Shown: positions 1-9,524 of the stretch, piece after piece | Layout of the letters: each line of letters begins with the position of its first letter | How positions within the stretch are numbered: the first letter of the stretch is position 1 | Notes under the pieces: model-generated | Seen by the model: the letters and a program-made list of their open reading frames with translations, nothing else | Told to the model about the DNA's origin: nothing | Database searches by the model: none | Virus record (IMG/VR): IMGVR_UViG_3300046460_000097 | DNA from: a virus | Lineage: Duplodnaviria; Caudoviricetes | Strand: one strand, 5' to 3' | Length of the DNA: 64,000 bases | Made by a program: the position numbers and the translations under genes

Positions 1-1
1 C

Positions 2-658
2 ACCAACCAGCACTTCATGCTGTTGGACAAGTTCGGTACGGATATGTCGGCGCAGTCGTTGCCGATGGCTAACCCATTCGGGATGCCAGCCAAGCTGAAC
101 GAAGCCAACAAGTACAGCAGTTATCTGCGGGCGATCTGGAACCGGAACTCCGGTGAAACTGAAACTCGTTTGCGAGTCAGCCAGGTAGGTGCCAAAGAAA
201 CGGTCAAGCAATTGGCCATGGGGTACTCTCCTGAACTGCGGAACCGTATGGCACAGCGTATCATTCGTGCTGACGATCCGATGAACATCAACCAGATCAT
301 CAAACCTGATGAGTACGGCTACAACCGAGCAGTCCGTATGTCTTCGAGCATGCTGTCTGACTCTGGCTACACTCTGCGACATGAAGTGGAGTCTGACCGG
401 ACTGAACCTAATCTGGTTATGGCAACACAGATCCCAATCGTTGAGGACCTCAGCAAGCTGATTCAACCTGAGAACCTAGCGCCTCCTGCGCCCAAGCTCC
501 TCGAGGATCACAATACGTTGATTCGACATGAGCGCCTGACCGCTCCAGTTGTCAAGGATAAGGTCAAGCGTAACCCAGCGCCAGCGATCGAGGCGGATGT
601 ATTGGAACTCATCGAACAGTTGTCCAATGAAAACGACGTACTGGAAGGAATCAATTAA
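2..658 (+). CDS. Non-virion RNA polymerase beta subunit, C-terminal part (5'-truncated by window; phiKZ gp71-73-like)
   Basis: Frame is open from the window edge. HFMLLDKFG and RNSGETETRL resemble the beta C-terminal YxLKLxH and GQRFGEME motifs. It abuts the beta' gene (TAATG overlap). Confidence 0.72.
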   Translation, partial: TNQHFMLLDKFGTDMSAQSLPMANPFGMPAKLNEANKYSSYLRAIWNRNSGETETRLRVSQVGAKETVKQLAMGYSPELRNRMAQRIIRADDPMNINQIIKPDEYGYNRAVRMSSSMLSDSGYTLRHEVESDRTEPNLVMATQIPIVEDLSKLIQPENLAPPAPKLLEDHNTLIRHERLTAPVVKDKVKRNPAPAIEADVLELIEQLSNENDVLEGIN

Positions 659-2652
659 TGGCCTTGGAATTTAACCTTCGCGAGTTTGCTAATCTGTCGG
701 AAGAGAAAGCTCTCCGCTGGAGAGGGTTCCGACTGGCTGTCGAGGTCACGGATGACTTCGGCGAGAAAATGATGACGGACACGTATTCCCTGTTGCTGAC
801 TTGGCAGGGAATGATGCTGCACCGCATCTACGACAAACTTCCTTACTCGATCAAGGAGATCATTCCGGCTGGTAAGGAAATTGTCTATAACGACAAGACC
901 CTCGCAATCCCGATGAACTATACGTTGGGTGAAGTGGGTCCGGATATCCACGACCCAGCCGAGTGGGACCGCAACAAACGCGTTGTCCACATGTGGCAAA
1001 CCAAGTTGAACAATCTCATTGTGGTAATGAGTGAGACTTCAATTATCTCTGCAGTAGCAGAGTCTGTGGATGACCTGAAGGCCGATCCTGGGATTGCTGA
1101 GATCAAGCGCAAGGTTCTGGCCAAAGAAGTGACGATCGACGACGGGGAGATGCTGTTCAGCGTTTACCTGAAAGAAGCCGAGAGTCTGAACGACAACACT
1201 GTGGCACTGTTGGCACGTACAGGTGGTGTGAGTATCAACCAAGCGTATCAGACTGCGATCATTCGTGGTTCGGTATTCGACCTGAACAACACCATCATGC
1301 CGAACGCGGTAACCTCCAACTACGCGGAGGGGATCGTTAACCTGGTCGACTCCTTGGGGGACAGTCGCGGTTCTGGTAAGTCGCTTAACTCTAACGGTCG
1401 TGGCCTGAAGGACTCCGAGTGGTTCCACCGCAAGATTCACTTGTTCACTGCGGTTATCCATTCGATCGGTCACGTCACCGACTGTGGTTCTTTGGAGACG
1501 GTTCCAACTCGGGTTGCTTCTACCGAGATGGCCACTTCGATGTTGGGCAAGTACAGGATCCTAGATGACGGTAAGCTAGACCTGATCACCAACAAGAACC
1601 TCAAGACAATCAAGGCAGGCGATCTACTCAACCTGCGTTCGGTTGGCTTCTGTAACAGCCCACCGGGTAGTCCGTGTGGTGTGTGCTATGGCATGATGAA
1701 GTCGGCCATTCCGTACAACACCATCATGGGCAAGGATGCGAACATCGGGATGTATTCCGGTACGACCATCTGTAACCCGTTGGGTCAGAAAATGCTGTCG
1801 ACTAAGCACTTCATCCGAAATGCTGTCAGCAAGAAGTTTGTACCTCACCAACGGGATAAGGACGTTATCCATTCCAATGGTGACGAAATCTTCTTGTCGG
1901 GTGAACTGTGTAAAGAAGGGACACGACTGATCCTCAAGTCAGTCATCGTGAAGGACCTTTCCGATTTGCGTTCGTTGGATGTATTGGACGAAGTGTCGTT
2001 GGATAAACTGCCTTACTTCGGCGAAGTAACGTTCCAGTATGAAGTCGAAGACATCATGGTGGGCGGCACTACTACTCAACAGCACCCAGCAATTACGTCA
2101 GTATCTTCTCGCCACGCCCGCTTTTCTATGGGATTCCTCCGGTATATTCTGGAGAATGGCTGGACGGTACAGGACAAGAAGTTCATCTCGGTGGACCTCG
2201 CCAACTGGAACTCGATCGACCCAATGTTCGTACTCCCATATGTCCGTGAGGACTTGGATGCGCACCGGGCTCGGGTAGAGAACTTCCTGACGTTCAACAA
2301 ACGTAACGCAGCTTGGAAGAAGCAAGTGGTCACGCCTAAGATCTTCGGTGAAGTCATGACCGAGTTCTGGACTCTGATTAACGCAGAGACCAAAGGTATC
2401 AACATGATCCACGTGGAAATGATTCTGGCATGTGCTTTGGCTAAGGATCCGGCAAACAACTCTTACGCATTGGCTACGCAACCGGGCGAGAAGTACTTCG
2501 CCAGTTTCATTAGTTGCATCGATAACCGCGGCAGTGGCGGGATGATGATCTTTGAGCGTCAACAGAACACCATCAACATCCCACGCACCTTTGCTGTGAA
2601 AGATCGACAAGCCAGTCCGTTGGAATGTTTCCTCCATCATGGAGTGTCATAA
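658..2652 (+). CDS. Non-virion RNA polymerase beta' subunit, C-terminal half (phiKZ gp74-like)
   Basis: 664 aa with beta' hallmarks: TDCGS, LRSVGFC, CGVCYG zinc site, and IGMYSGTTICNPLGQKMLSTKH (trigger-loop region). Confidence 0.88.
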   Translation: MALEFNLREFANLSEEKALRWRGFRLAVEVTDDFGEKMMTDTYSLLLTWQGMMLHRIYDKLPYSIKEIIPAGKEIVYNDKTLAIPMNYTLGEVGPDIHDPAEWDRNKRVVHMWQTKLNNLIVVMSETSIISAVAESVDDLKADPGIAEIKRKVLAKEVTIDDGEMLFSVYLKEAESLNDNTVALLARTGGVSINQAYQTAIIRGSVFDLNNTIMPNAVTSNYAEGIVNLVDSLGDSRGSGKSLNSNGRGLKDSEWFHRKIHLFTAVIHSIGHVTDCGSLETVPTRVASTEMATSMLGKYRILDDGKLDLITNKNLKTIKAGDLLNLRSVGFCNSPPGSPCGVCYGMMKSAIPYNTIMGKDANIGMYSGTTICNPLGQKMLSTKHFIRNAVSKKFVPHQRDKDVIHSNGDEIFLSGELCKEGTRLILKSVIVKDLSDLRSLDVLDEVSLDKLPYFGEVTFQYEVEDIMVGGTTTQQHPAITSVSSRHARFSMGFLRYILENGWTVQDKKFISVDLANWNSIDPMFVLPYVREDLDAHRARVENFLTFNKRNAAWKKQVVTPKIFGEVMTEFWTLINAETKGINMIHVEMILACALAKDPANNSYALATQPGEKYFASFISCIDNRGSGGMMIFERQQNTINIPRTFAVKDRQASPLECFLHHGVS

Positions 2653-2656
2653 GCGA

Positions 2657-2680
2657 GGGGTCTCCCGTAAGGGGGACTCC
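2657..2680 (+). terminator. Hairpin after beta' gene
   Basis: GGGGTCTCCC-GTAA-GGGGGACTCC: 10-bp stem (2 G-U) with GNRA loop. The downstream U-tract is weak. Confidence 0.5.
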
Positions 2681-2712
2681 GGTCCCCTTTAAATGGTTTA
2701 GAGGCTTTTTGT

Positions 2713-5007
2713 ATGCGGTATGTGGCGACTATCTCGAAGGCCCACAACTACCTGCGTATTTACGGTTACTACGATGACTTCTGTGCAAAGGTGATTGTGC
2801 CTTTCTGCAAATCTCATCTGTACAGGACCGGGAAGGTTCCAGTTCCTGGGACCAACCAGCAGGTGTGGAAAGTAACCCATGTGTTCGCTCGGTCTAATCA
2901 CGATAAGACTGAGTACCGAATTCCGAGTAGCCTCCTCAAGGAATTGATTGAATTCGCCCAGTATCGCGGCTATAACCCATCACGCATTCAACAGCATGAT
3001 GAGCCAGAGATCGTGGGTGCAGATTGTACGTTTAAGTTGAAAGCAGGCTTTGAGGTTCCTCGTGAGGGCCAAAAGGAATGGATCGACTATCAGTTAGCTG
3101 ACGGTGCTGTCAAGATTAACAATGCCGCCACAGGTTACGGTAAGGCACTGGCCAACGATACACCGGTCAGAACAATACACGGTTGGAGGCCTATTGGTCA
3201 GATCAGGGTTAATGACCTTGTGATGGCTCCTGACGGCTCCCACACGTACGTTACAGGCGTTTACCCACAAGGCAGGACCAAGGCCTACCGTTTGACGTTT
3301 GAAGACGGCAGGACGATCGTAGCGTGTCCTGAGCATCAGTGGGAAGTACGACCGGACGGCAGCAATCAATGGCGGGTAATGACCACTCAACAGTTGTTGG
3401 ATAACCCGGACCAAGTCTGGCGCATTCCTTTAACAGCCAGTGAGCGTAATGTGGACCGTTGGGATATCCACGACCCTTACCTCATTGGTAAGACCGATCG
3501 GGTCTTGGGTGAGAAGTATCTGGAAGGTTCCCATTCTCAACGGATGGGGTTGCTGCGCGGCCTGATGGATAATGGTGGTGAGCCTCAACCTGATGGTGCA
3601 ATTGTGTTCCGTAGTCAATACGGGATTACAGCCAAGATGGTTCGGGATCTGGTGCGAAGTGTTGGTGGCGTTGCCAAAGCAGTCTTCAAGAACTTTGACA
3701 ACGTTGTTGCTATCAGACACCGGACTCCAGAGATCTTCTTTACCGATGAGGCGAAGATAGATCAACTGCGGGGTAAAGAGAATCGTGATCTGGCACTGAA
3801 GATTGTGTCCATCGACGAAACCATCCGCGTAGAAACTACCTGCATCTCTGTAGAGCATCCGTCGCACTGCTTCGTTGTCAAAGATTACATTGTGACTCAC
3901 AACACCTACATGGGGTTGTTCACGATGGTCAAGTTGGGTAAGCGTGCGTTGATTACCATACAACCTCGCTACATCACAACCTGGCTCAATGACATCGCCA
4001 AGATGATTGAGGTTAGACCCGAGGACATCTGTGTCTGGGAGAACGCCTCACTGCCACTATTGGGAGAGCAAATCGAGAAGGGGATCATCAATCCGAAGAT
4101 TGTCATTCTGCCGATGACACGCATCTCCGGTTACCTGCGTAATACCCGCAAAGATCCACTTGCGGTTCCGTTGGATACTATCTTCCGGAAGATCAACGCT
4201 GGTTATCGGATCATCGACGAAGGGCATGAGTCTTTCCATGAGGTCAGTCTGTCTTTGATGTATGGTAACATGAGGAAGGTTCTCCTGTTGTCCGCAACGT
4301 TGAAGGCAGACGATCCATTCATGGACAAGATGTATCGGATCATGTTGCCGGTGAATCTCAGGCTTAAGGAACCTGATGCCGAAAACTACATCGATATCTA
4401 CGCATACATCTATCACCTGTGTCAGCGCAAGTTCTTCCTGAAGACTGTACAGTTCGGGATTTACAACGACATGGCGTTGGAGGCGTCGATCCTCAAGTCA
4501 CCGATCTTAACCAAGTTCTATTTCCATATCGCCAACAAAGCGTTCCGGGAGTATTACTTGGATGTGCGTGAAGAAGGGACTAAGTGTTTGTTCTTCTTCT
4601 CTCGAATTGATATGTGCGAGACCATGCTGGCTATGTTCCAAAAGGAATATCCTGACATGGACTTCTGTACGTATCTGGGGACGAAGGATAAGAAGACACC
4701 GACGAAGTATCTGGAACACGAGATCGTTATTACCACTCCAGGTAGTTGCGGTACCGGTAAAGACATTCCAGGGTTGGTGACGACCATTTGTTTCCACACT
4801 GTGTTCTCAATTCAACGTAACAAACAGATGATTGGTCGGCTTCGTGCGTTGCTGGGTAAATTCGGCGATCGCATCACACCTCGGTTTGTATTCCCTGTGT
4901 GTAACGATTTGGGCAAGCATCAGGAATGCTTACAGAAGCGCAAGGTTGCGTTCGAAAGTAAGCAGAAAAGCTTCAAGCTGATTGAATCGAGCTGCTCCCT
5001 CAATTGA
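2713..5007 (+). CDS. SF2 DExH helicase interrupted by an intein (phiKZ gp75-like)
   Basis: Walker A ATGYGK|T is split by the insertion. Motif II IIDEGHE, motif III SAT and motif VI QMIGRLR are present. Confidence 0.88.
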   Translation: MRYVATISKAHNYLRIYGYYDDFCAKVIVPFCKSHLYRTGKVPVPGTNQQVWKVTHVFARSNHDKTEYRIPSSLLKELIEFAQYRGYNPSRIQQHDEPEIVGADCTFKLKAGFEVPREGQKEWIDYQLADGAVKINNAATGYGKALANDTPVRTIHGWRPIGQIRVNDLVMAPDGSHTYVTGVYPQGRTKAYRLTFEDGRTIVACPEHQWEVRPDGSNQWRVMTTQQLLDNPDQVWRIPLTASERNVDRWDIHDPYLIGKTDRVLGEKYLEGSHSQRMGLLRGLMDNGGEPQPDGAIVFRSQYGITAKMVRDLVRSVGGVAKAVFKNFDNVVAIRHRTPEIFFTDEAKIDQLRGKENRDLALKIVSIDETIRVETTCISVEHPSHCFVVKDYIVTHNTYMGLFTMVKLGKRALITIQPRYITTWLNDIAKMIEVRPEDICVWENASLPLLGEQIEKGIINPKIVILPMTRISGYLRNTRKDPLAVPLDTIFRKINAGYRIIDEGHESFHEVSLSLMYGNMRKVLLLSATLKADDPFMDKMYRIMLPVNLRLKEPDAENYIDIYAYIYHLCQRKFFLKTVQFGIYNDMALEASILKSPILTKFYFHIANKAFREYYLDVREEGTKCLFFFSRIDMCETMLAMFQKEYPDMDFCTYLGTKDKKTPTKYLEHEIVITTPGSCGTGKDIPGLVTTICFHTVFSIQRNKQMIGRLRALLGKFGDRITPRFVFPVCNDLGKHQECLQKRKVAFESKQKSFKLIESSCSLN
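3145..3903 (+). mobile_element. Class 3 intein (253 aa, Ala1, WCT triplet) with degenerate LAGLIDADG domain
   Basis: Starts ALANDTPV and ends YIVTHN before Thr+1. Block B is CPEHQW, block F is TTCISV, block G is VTHN. Remnant endonuclease motifs are DPYLIG and LLRGLMDNGG. Confidence 0.88.
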
Positions 5008-5033
5008 GGGAGTCATCTCCTGTGGGACTAATC

Positions 5034-5486
5034 ATGAACAATGAAACCCAACCGAAACTCGTGGCTCTAGTCCTGGAGTGCCCCGACCTTAATAAAGCAA
5101 ACACTGTTGTTTTAAGTGTGTTCGAAGATTTGTTGGCTGACTTTGTCCTGTACTACGAACACGACGATGAACGTATCGACGACAAGTGGTATCGGGATCA
5201 GATTTACGATAGAGTTTACAACGAACACGGCGAGATAGTGTTACCATGGTCATTTACGTTTGAGGAGCAACAAGCCTTCATTCAAGATCCCATGGGACAC
5301 ATCATGCGTTTCGCTGGACAAGTTGAAGACTACATCAGGACAGCTACCAGCCTCAATGAGGAACAGATCGATTGCATGCATCGGACCATGGCAGTCGACT
5401 GTATTACGATAAGCCAAAAACTCAATAACCACGTAACACTGCTTGTGAGAGGAAATTACCATGGCGTTCCGCACCGAGTTCGTTAA
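5034..5486 (+). CDS. Hypothetical protein
   Basis: Acidic 150-aa ORF in a co-oriented run after the helicase. ATG 5034 was chosen over TTG 5004. Confidence 0.65.
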   Translation: MNNETQPKLVALVLECPDLNKANTVVLSVFEDLLADFVLYYEHDDERIDDKWYRDQIYDRVYNEHGEIVLPWSFTFEEQQAFIQDPMGHIMRFAGQVEDYIRTATSLNEEQIDCMHRTMAVDCITISQKLNNHVTLLVRGNYHGVPHRVR

Positions 5487-5838
5487 GACCCCTGGCATTG
5501 AAACCTGCCGCAACTACCACCTCGTTCAGCGCCTCATTCAGGAGCGTATTCGTTCCGTGCTGATGGGTGATCCGTTCGTGGACCAGTCTCAGTTCCTGGC
5601 CGCCCAGTTCCTGGAAGCTCCCGCTGCTATCATCTCCCCTGATGAAATGCGCAAGCACTTCCAGCAGGAAGGCAAAGAAGTACTGGCGGCTTTCCACCAG
5701 TACGAAAAGAACCCTGAGTACGCCGAGAGCATTCGTTTGCTCAAGCAGTACGAAGGCAAGATCTTCAACATCACCAACACCACGATGTCTGGTATCATGG
5801 TTGTTATCGATACCGAAGAAAACGAAGCGGTTGCCTGA
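5461..5838 (+). CDS. Hypothetical protein
   Basis: 125 aa with strong codon bias and GAGG upstream of the ATG. Confidence 0.75.
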   Translation: MAFRTEFVKTPGIETCRNYHLVQRLIQERIRSVLMGDPFVDQSQFLAAQFLEAPAAIISPDEMRKHFQQEGKEVLAAFHQYEKNPEYAESIRLLKQYEGKIFNITNTTMSGIMVVIDTEENEAVA

Positions 5839-5840
5839 TA

Positions 5841-6380
5841 ATGGCGGCTACCTTCGTTATAAAGGTCGATCCACAAGTTAGGGAAGAACTCTACTCAGAT
5901 ATTGCTCTGGAGTTCTTGGACCTCATCTTCATTGAGGGACTCTTCGTAGTTATTCAGATGACCAAACCATTTGAATGGCCAATCAGCGATGACCCGTTGT
6001 ATTATTGTGACGACCCTGAGTCTCAGTTCGAGAGCTCTGTCGAGTACTTGTTGAGCATCTTGCACGACAAGAACAAAGAGGACGGGGTGCAGTTACCGGG
6101 TGACGAGCTAGTGGAGTATTGCCCGCAGTATCGCGAAGCAATCTGCATCAAGCTGGGGATGATCGTAGATTCGATCCGTGACTTCAATGACATCAGCGAA
6201 ATCATGGCAATCAAGAGTGTGCTCGAACAGCCTGAGTTCTCTAAGCGGTTTGAGCATGCCTCGATGCATCTAACGGACAGGGTGATGTTCACCATCTATC
6301 CTGACACTTCATTCTCCTTTCCGGTGTTACCCCCGGGCGCCCCTCTTATCGGTTTAGAGCCGCTCTTTGCTCCACTATGA
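5841..6380 (+). CDS. Hypothetical acidic protein
   Basis: 179 aa, tightly coupled to the previous ORF and followed by a hairpin. Confidence 0.7.
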   Translation: MAATFVIKVDPQVREELYSDIALEFLDLIFIEGLFVVIQMTKPFEWPISDDPLYYCDDPESQFESSVEYLLSILHDKNKEDGVQLPGDELVEYCPQYREAICIKLGMIVDSIRDFNDISEIMAIKSVLEQPEFSKRFEHASMHLTDRVMFTIYPDTSFSFPVLPPGAPLIGLEPLFAPL

Positions 6381-6399
6381 CCTGTACCAGCCATAGCGT

Positions 6400-6449
6400 C
6401 CCTAACAGCCTGTGAGGGCTGTTAGGGGGCTTAGGTTGTTTATTTTTTT
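6400..6449. terminator. Bidirectional terminator between convergent genes
   Basis: CCCTAACAGCC-TGTGAG-GGCTGTTAGGG: perfect 11-bp stem, then a T-run. Confidence 0.75.
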
Positions 6450-6450
6450 G

Positions 6451-7746
6451 CTACTTGATTGCAGTCTTGAGGTTGAGGACCACTGTGTTCGAACCGGCTT
6501 GGTGGTGCGCCTTCATTCGTTGCAGCATCATCTCAGTTGGTACGCGCACCACTTCAGCAGACAGACGGGTAGCAATCTTGCTCAAGCCTTCGCCCAAGCA
6601 GGTCTTGCAGTAGTCACCATCAACAGTCAGACAGAACTGAGGAACCCGCATAGCCACAGGCTTGCCAATGATCTTGTTCAGTTCTTCCTTGTCAATGAAG
6701 ATCACTTTGCCATTGGAGATATAACTGCTACCCATCCAATAGCTGGCGCTGTCCTTCAGGACGATCTTCATCTCGCCACGAGGAGTACCGCAGTCAGTGC
6801 CTTCTACCTTGCTACGGCCAATCAGACGCAGTGTTTCTTTTACAGCAGAACCACCTTCACCTGTAGCCATGGAACGGGAGTAGGCACCGGAGACCGCAGT
6901 GTTCACCTGAGTAACGATCTGCTCAGGGTCAAGGCCTTGGTCCAGAGAACGCGGCAACGCCACCCAGCCAGTGCTGGTAGGGTTCTCTTCAATACCGAAC
7001 GCAATGAACATACGTTTACGCGCAGTACCAATGAACTTGTCGTTAATAAAGAAGTTCTTGGACTTGCCCTTCATCATCTCTGCACGGTCCATTGCCACCA
7101 GCTCATCCAAGATGGCAGTGAAGACAACAGGATCGTTCAGTTCGTGGGCGTGTTGCTTCAGGAGTTCGTCCTTACGCTTGAGGATCTCCTTGGACACAGT
7201 CAGTGCATCCACACCGCCCGGCTTAACGAAGTGAGCACCCAGCCCTTCGAGGTAGTAGCAGTTCTCGGTGAACTTCAGACAGTCTGCAACCGACGCCTTA
7301 CCTTCAGGAACAGTTTCCCCTTCCTTAGGGTTGTCCACCATCAAACGACTGATGTGACCCTCGATAAGCTTCTTGGTGAAGAACGTGTTAACGTAGTCCA
7401 CCTTACCCATGAAGGGTTCCCACCACAGGATCACGTTGAACAGCATGAGCCCGAAAGTAGACTCAACAGCTTGATCTTTGAGGATAGGGTGGAAGTCACC
7501 GGGGAAGCTGAACTTGGTGTCCATTACCGCGAAGGGTTCTTCCACATTACCTTCTAGGGTGACTTGCTCACCGTCTAGCATGGCGTGGAACTTACCCTTC
7601 TCTACGAACACCGCCCCAGGGATCTTCTTGAAGGCGCCAGCTGAGTCTTCATCATCCAGCTGAATAGCAATGACAGACTGTACAGCTGCCTTGCTTCCAT
7701 ACGCTTTCATTTCGAACCAGCGTTTAAAGAAGTCGATCTTAAGCAT
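6451..7746 (-). CDS. Virion RNA polymerase beta' subunit, C-terminal fragment (phiKZ gp80-like)
   Basis: 431 aa containing ATGEGG, TDCGT, MRVPQFC, CKTCLG and MMLQRMKAHH, paralogous to motifs in 658..2652. Confidence 0.85.
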   Translation of the reverse strand: MLKIDFFKRWFEMKAYGSKAAVQSVIAIQLDDEDSAGAFKKIPGAVFVEKGKFHAMLDGEQVTLEGNVEEPFAVMDTKFSFPGDFHPILKDQAVESTFGLMLFNVILWWEPFMGKVDYVNTFFTKKLIEGHISRLMVDNPKEGETVPEGKASVADCLKFTENCYYLEGLGAHFVKPGGVDALTVSKEILKRKDELLKQHAHELNDPVVFTAILDELVAMDRAEMMKGKSKNFFINDKFIGTARKRMFIAFGIEENPTSTGWVALPRSLDQGLDPEQIVTQVNTAVSGAYSRSMATGEGGSAVKETLRLIGRSKVEGTDCGTPRGEMKIVLKDSASYWMGSSYISNGKVIFIDKEELNKIIGKPVAMRVPQFCLTVDGDYCKTCLGEGLSKIATRLSAEVVRVPTEMMLQRMKAHHQAGSNTVVLNLKTAIK

Positions 7747-8647
7747 AAGTGAGCTCTTCCAATTTTTCCACTAACTGCTCAATGGCAATCAGCGCAAGGT
7801 GATCGGTCACGACGTTGTTCAGATAGACGAGGAGTTGCTCACGCATCTGCTGATCATTCAATTCAGAGATCAGATAAATGGCGATGACTTCCTTACCATA
7901 CTGTACGAGGTTGTCGTGATCGGGATAGTCGATGAGCTTTTGCAGCTCAGGCTTGAAGAAGGACAGCAATGTATCTACTGAGCTCCCTACGCGACCGTTA
8001 GAGGTGACGTGCTGAAAGGCGTACGTACCACGGATGTTCTCGACGTTGGCCCGTATACGCTTGATCAGGGTCTCTGGGATACCATCTTCAACATCGGCCT
8101 GCTTCAGGTTGTCACGAACCGCCTTCAACGTCACTTCACTGACGTCTTCGATCAGCAGTTCATGCTCGCCGAGGTCAGCGTTGTCGCCCAGATACTTCTG
8201 GAGGATCAGTAGGAACCGACTAACAGGGGGAATGTCAGTAGAATCCAGAACATCACCCAAACCAATGAGGTCTTCATAGTTGTCCATCTCGTAGAAGAAG
8301 TTGCCGATCTCGATCAACTGCTCAACGCGCTCATGAGTAACTTCATCGAGGTTGATGATGAAACCCATTTTGGTAAGTACGTCGATTATATTGTTGGTGA
8401 TCAGTTCATAGATCTGTTTCTTCTTGATGTTCGTGTCGTACTCTTCGCCGATGAGTATCTCGGTGATGACTCCCGGCATTAACGACTCAGGTTCAGACAA
8501 CAGAATTAAATTGAACCCATCGGTCAATATTTTAGCCTGAGGCGCGGGGACAGCGTCCTTAAAGCTAACCCAAATACCACCGAGGAGGGTGGCTGCAAAG
8601 TCTTCTCCTTCGCTTACAATAACTGCTTCGTTAGTCTCGATGAGCAT
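7739..8647 (-). CDS. Hypothetical protein upstream of vRNAP subunit
   Basis: 302 aa acidic helical ORF; its stop overlaps the next start. Confidence 0.75.
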   Translation of the reverse strand: MLIETNEAVIVSEGEDFAATLLGGIWVSFKDAVPAPQAKILTDGFNLILLSEPESLMPGVITEILIGEEYDTNIKKKQIYELITNNIIDVLTKMGFIINLDEVTHERVEQLIEIGNFFYEMDNYEDLIGLGDVLDSTDIPPVSRFLLILQKYLGDNADLGEHELLIEDVSEVTLKAVRDNLKQADVEDGIPETLIKRIRANVENIRGTYAFQHVTSNGRVGSSVDTLLSFFKPELQKLIDYPDHDNLVQYGKEVIAIYLISELNDQQMREQLLVYLNNVVTDHLALIAIEQLVEKLEELTYA

Positions 8648-8686
8648 TGAGGCTATCCTATTAGATTAATCAGGGAATCATAGCAT

Positions 8687-9502
8687 ATGTCTAGCAATAA
8701 ACAAGCCAAGCGTGCGGCAGCTTCGAAACAGAAAAAGAAAGCTGCGAACATCGAGCGTGCCAAGACACAGCAACAGCTGGGACGCCGACAAGAGCAACAG
8801 GACCGTCGTTCACCACAAGCCAAAGCCGCCCGTAACGCACGCGTCGGTTATGCCGTTGCCACCAAAGGCGTGATCGACACAGCCAAAGAACTCCAGAAAG
8901 ATCCTGAGTTCGCCAAGACCAAGATCAAAGCGCTGACCAACATCGAAGTGCTCACCGGCATCAACGAAATGATCCCGGTCCTCGGCGGTGTGCATGGCGG
9001 TATCGAAATCGTTACCCGTCTCAGCGACATGAAGAAGTACGACATCCTGCCGCATCAGGCCGAGATGATCGAAGCCTTCGACCGCAAGGTGATCTCGATC
9101 TCGGAAGACATCCACGCGATGTACGAGTTCATCAACGCCGAGAAGCAGGTCGAAGATTACATGCCGATCTTCATCCACTACATCGACACTCTGGCCGACG
9201 TTGTTCAGTTCGCTATCCCGGAGCTGATGGAAGGTCTGCTGCAGCCGATCGAAGCACTGATCAACGAATACGTGAACGAGCACAAGGCAGAAGGCGAACA
9301 CTCCTCTGCGTTCGGCGCACGCGTCTCCGACGAGCGTATCGTTCGTATCGCTCCTGAATACCGCACCATGCGTCCGCTGGAAGACTTCCTGCCAGACGCT
9401 GATGCTGAAGGCGAAGCAGAACCGACCCCACTGGTAGGCGAACTGCAGCAAGTCGACGAAGCTGGCGCTCTGGAAGCTTCGCTGGCCAAAGAAATCCTCT
9501 GA
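8687..9502 (+). CDS. Hypothetical protein with basic N-terminus and acidic C-terminus
   Basis: 271 aa with highly biased codons and a K/R/Q-rich first 50 aa. Confidence 0.8.
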   Translation: MSSNKQAKRAAASKQKKKAANIERAKTQQQLGRRQEQQDRRSPQAKAARNARVGYAVATKGVIDTAKELQKDPEFAKTKIKALTNIEVLTGINEMIPVLGGVHGGIEIVTRLSDMKKYDILPHQAEMIEAFDRKVISISEDIHAMYEFINAEKQVEDYMPIFIHYIDTLADVVQFAIPELMEGLLQPIEALINEYVNEHKAEGEHSSAFGARVSDERIVRIAPEYRTMRPLEDFLPDADAEGEAEPTPLVGELQQVDEAGALEASLAKEIL

Positions 9503-9524
9503 CCATTAACAAGGACTTATCTTC

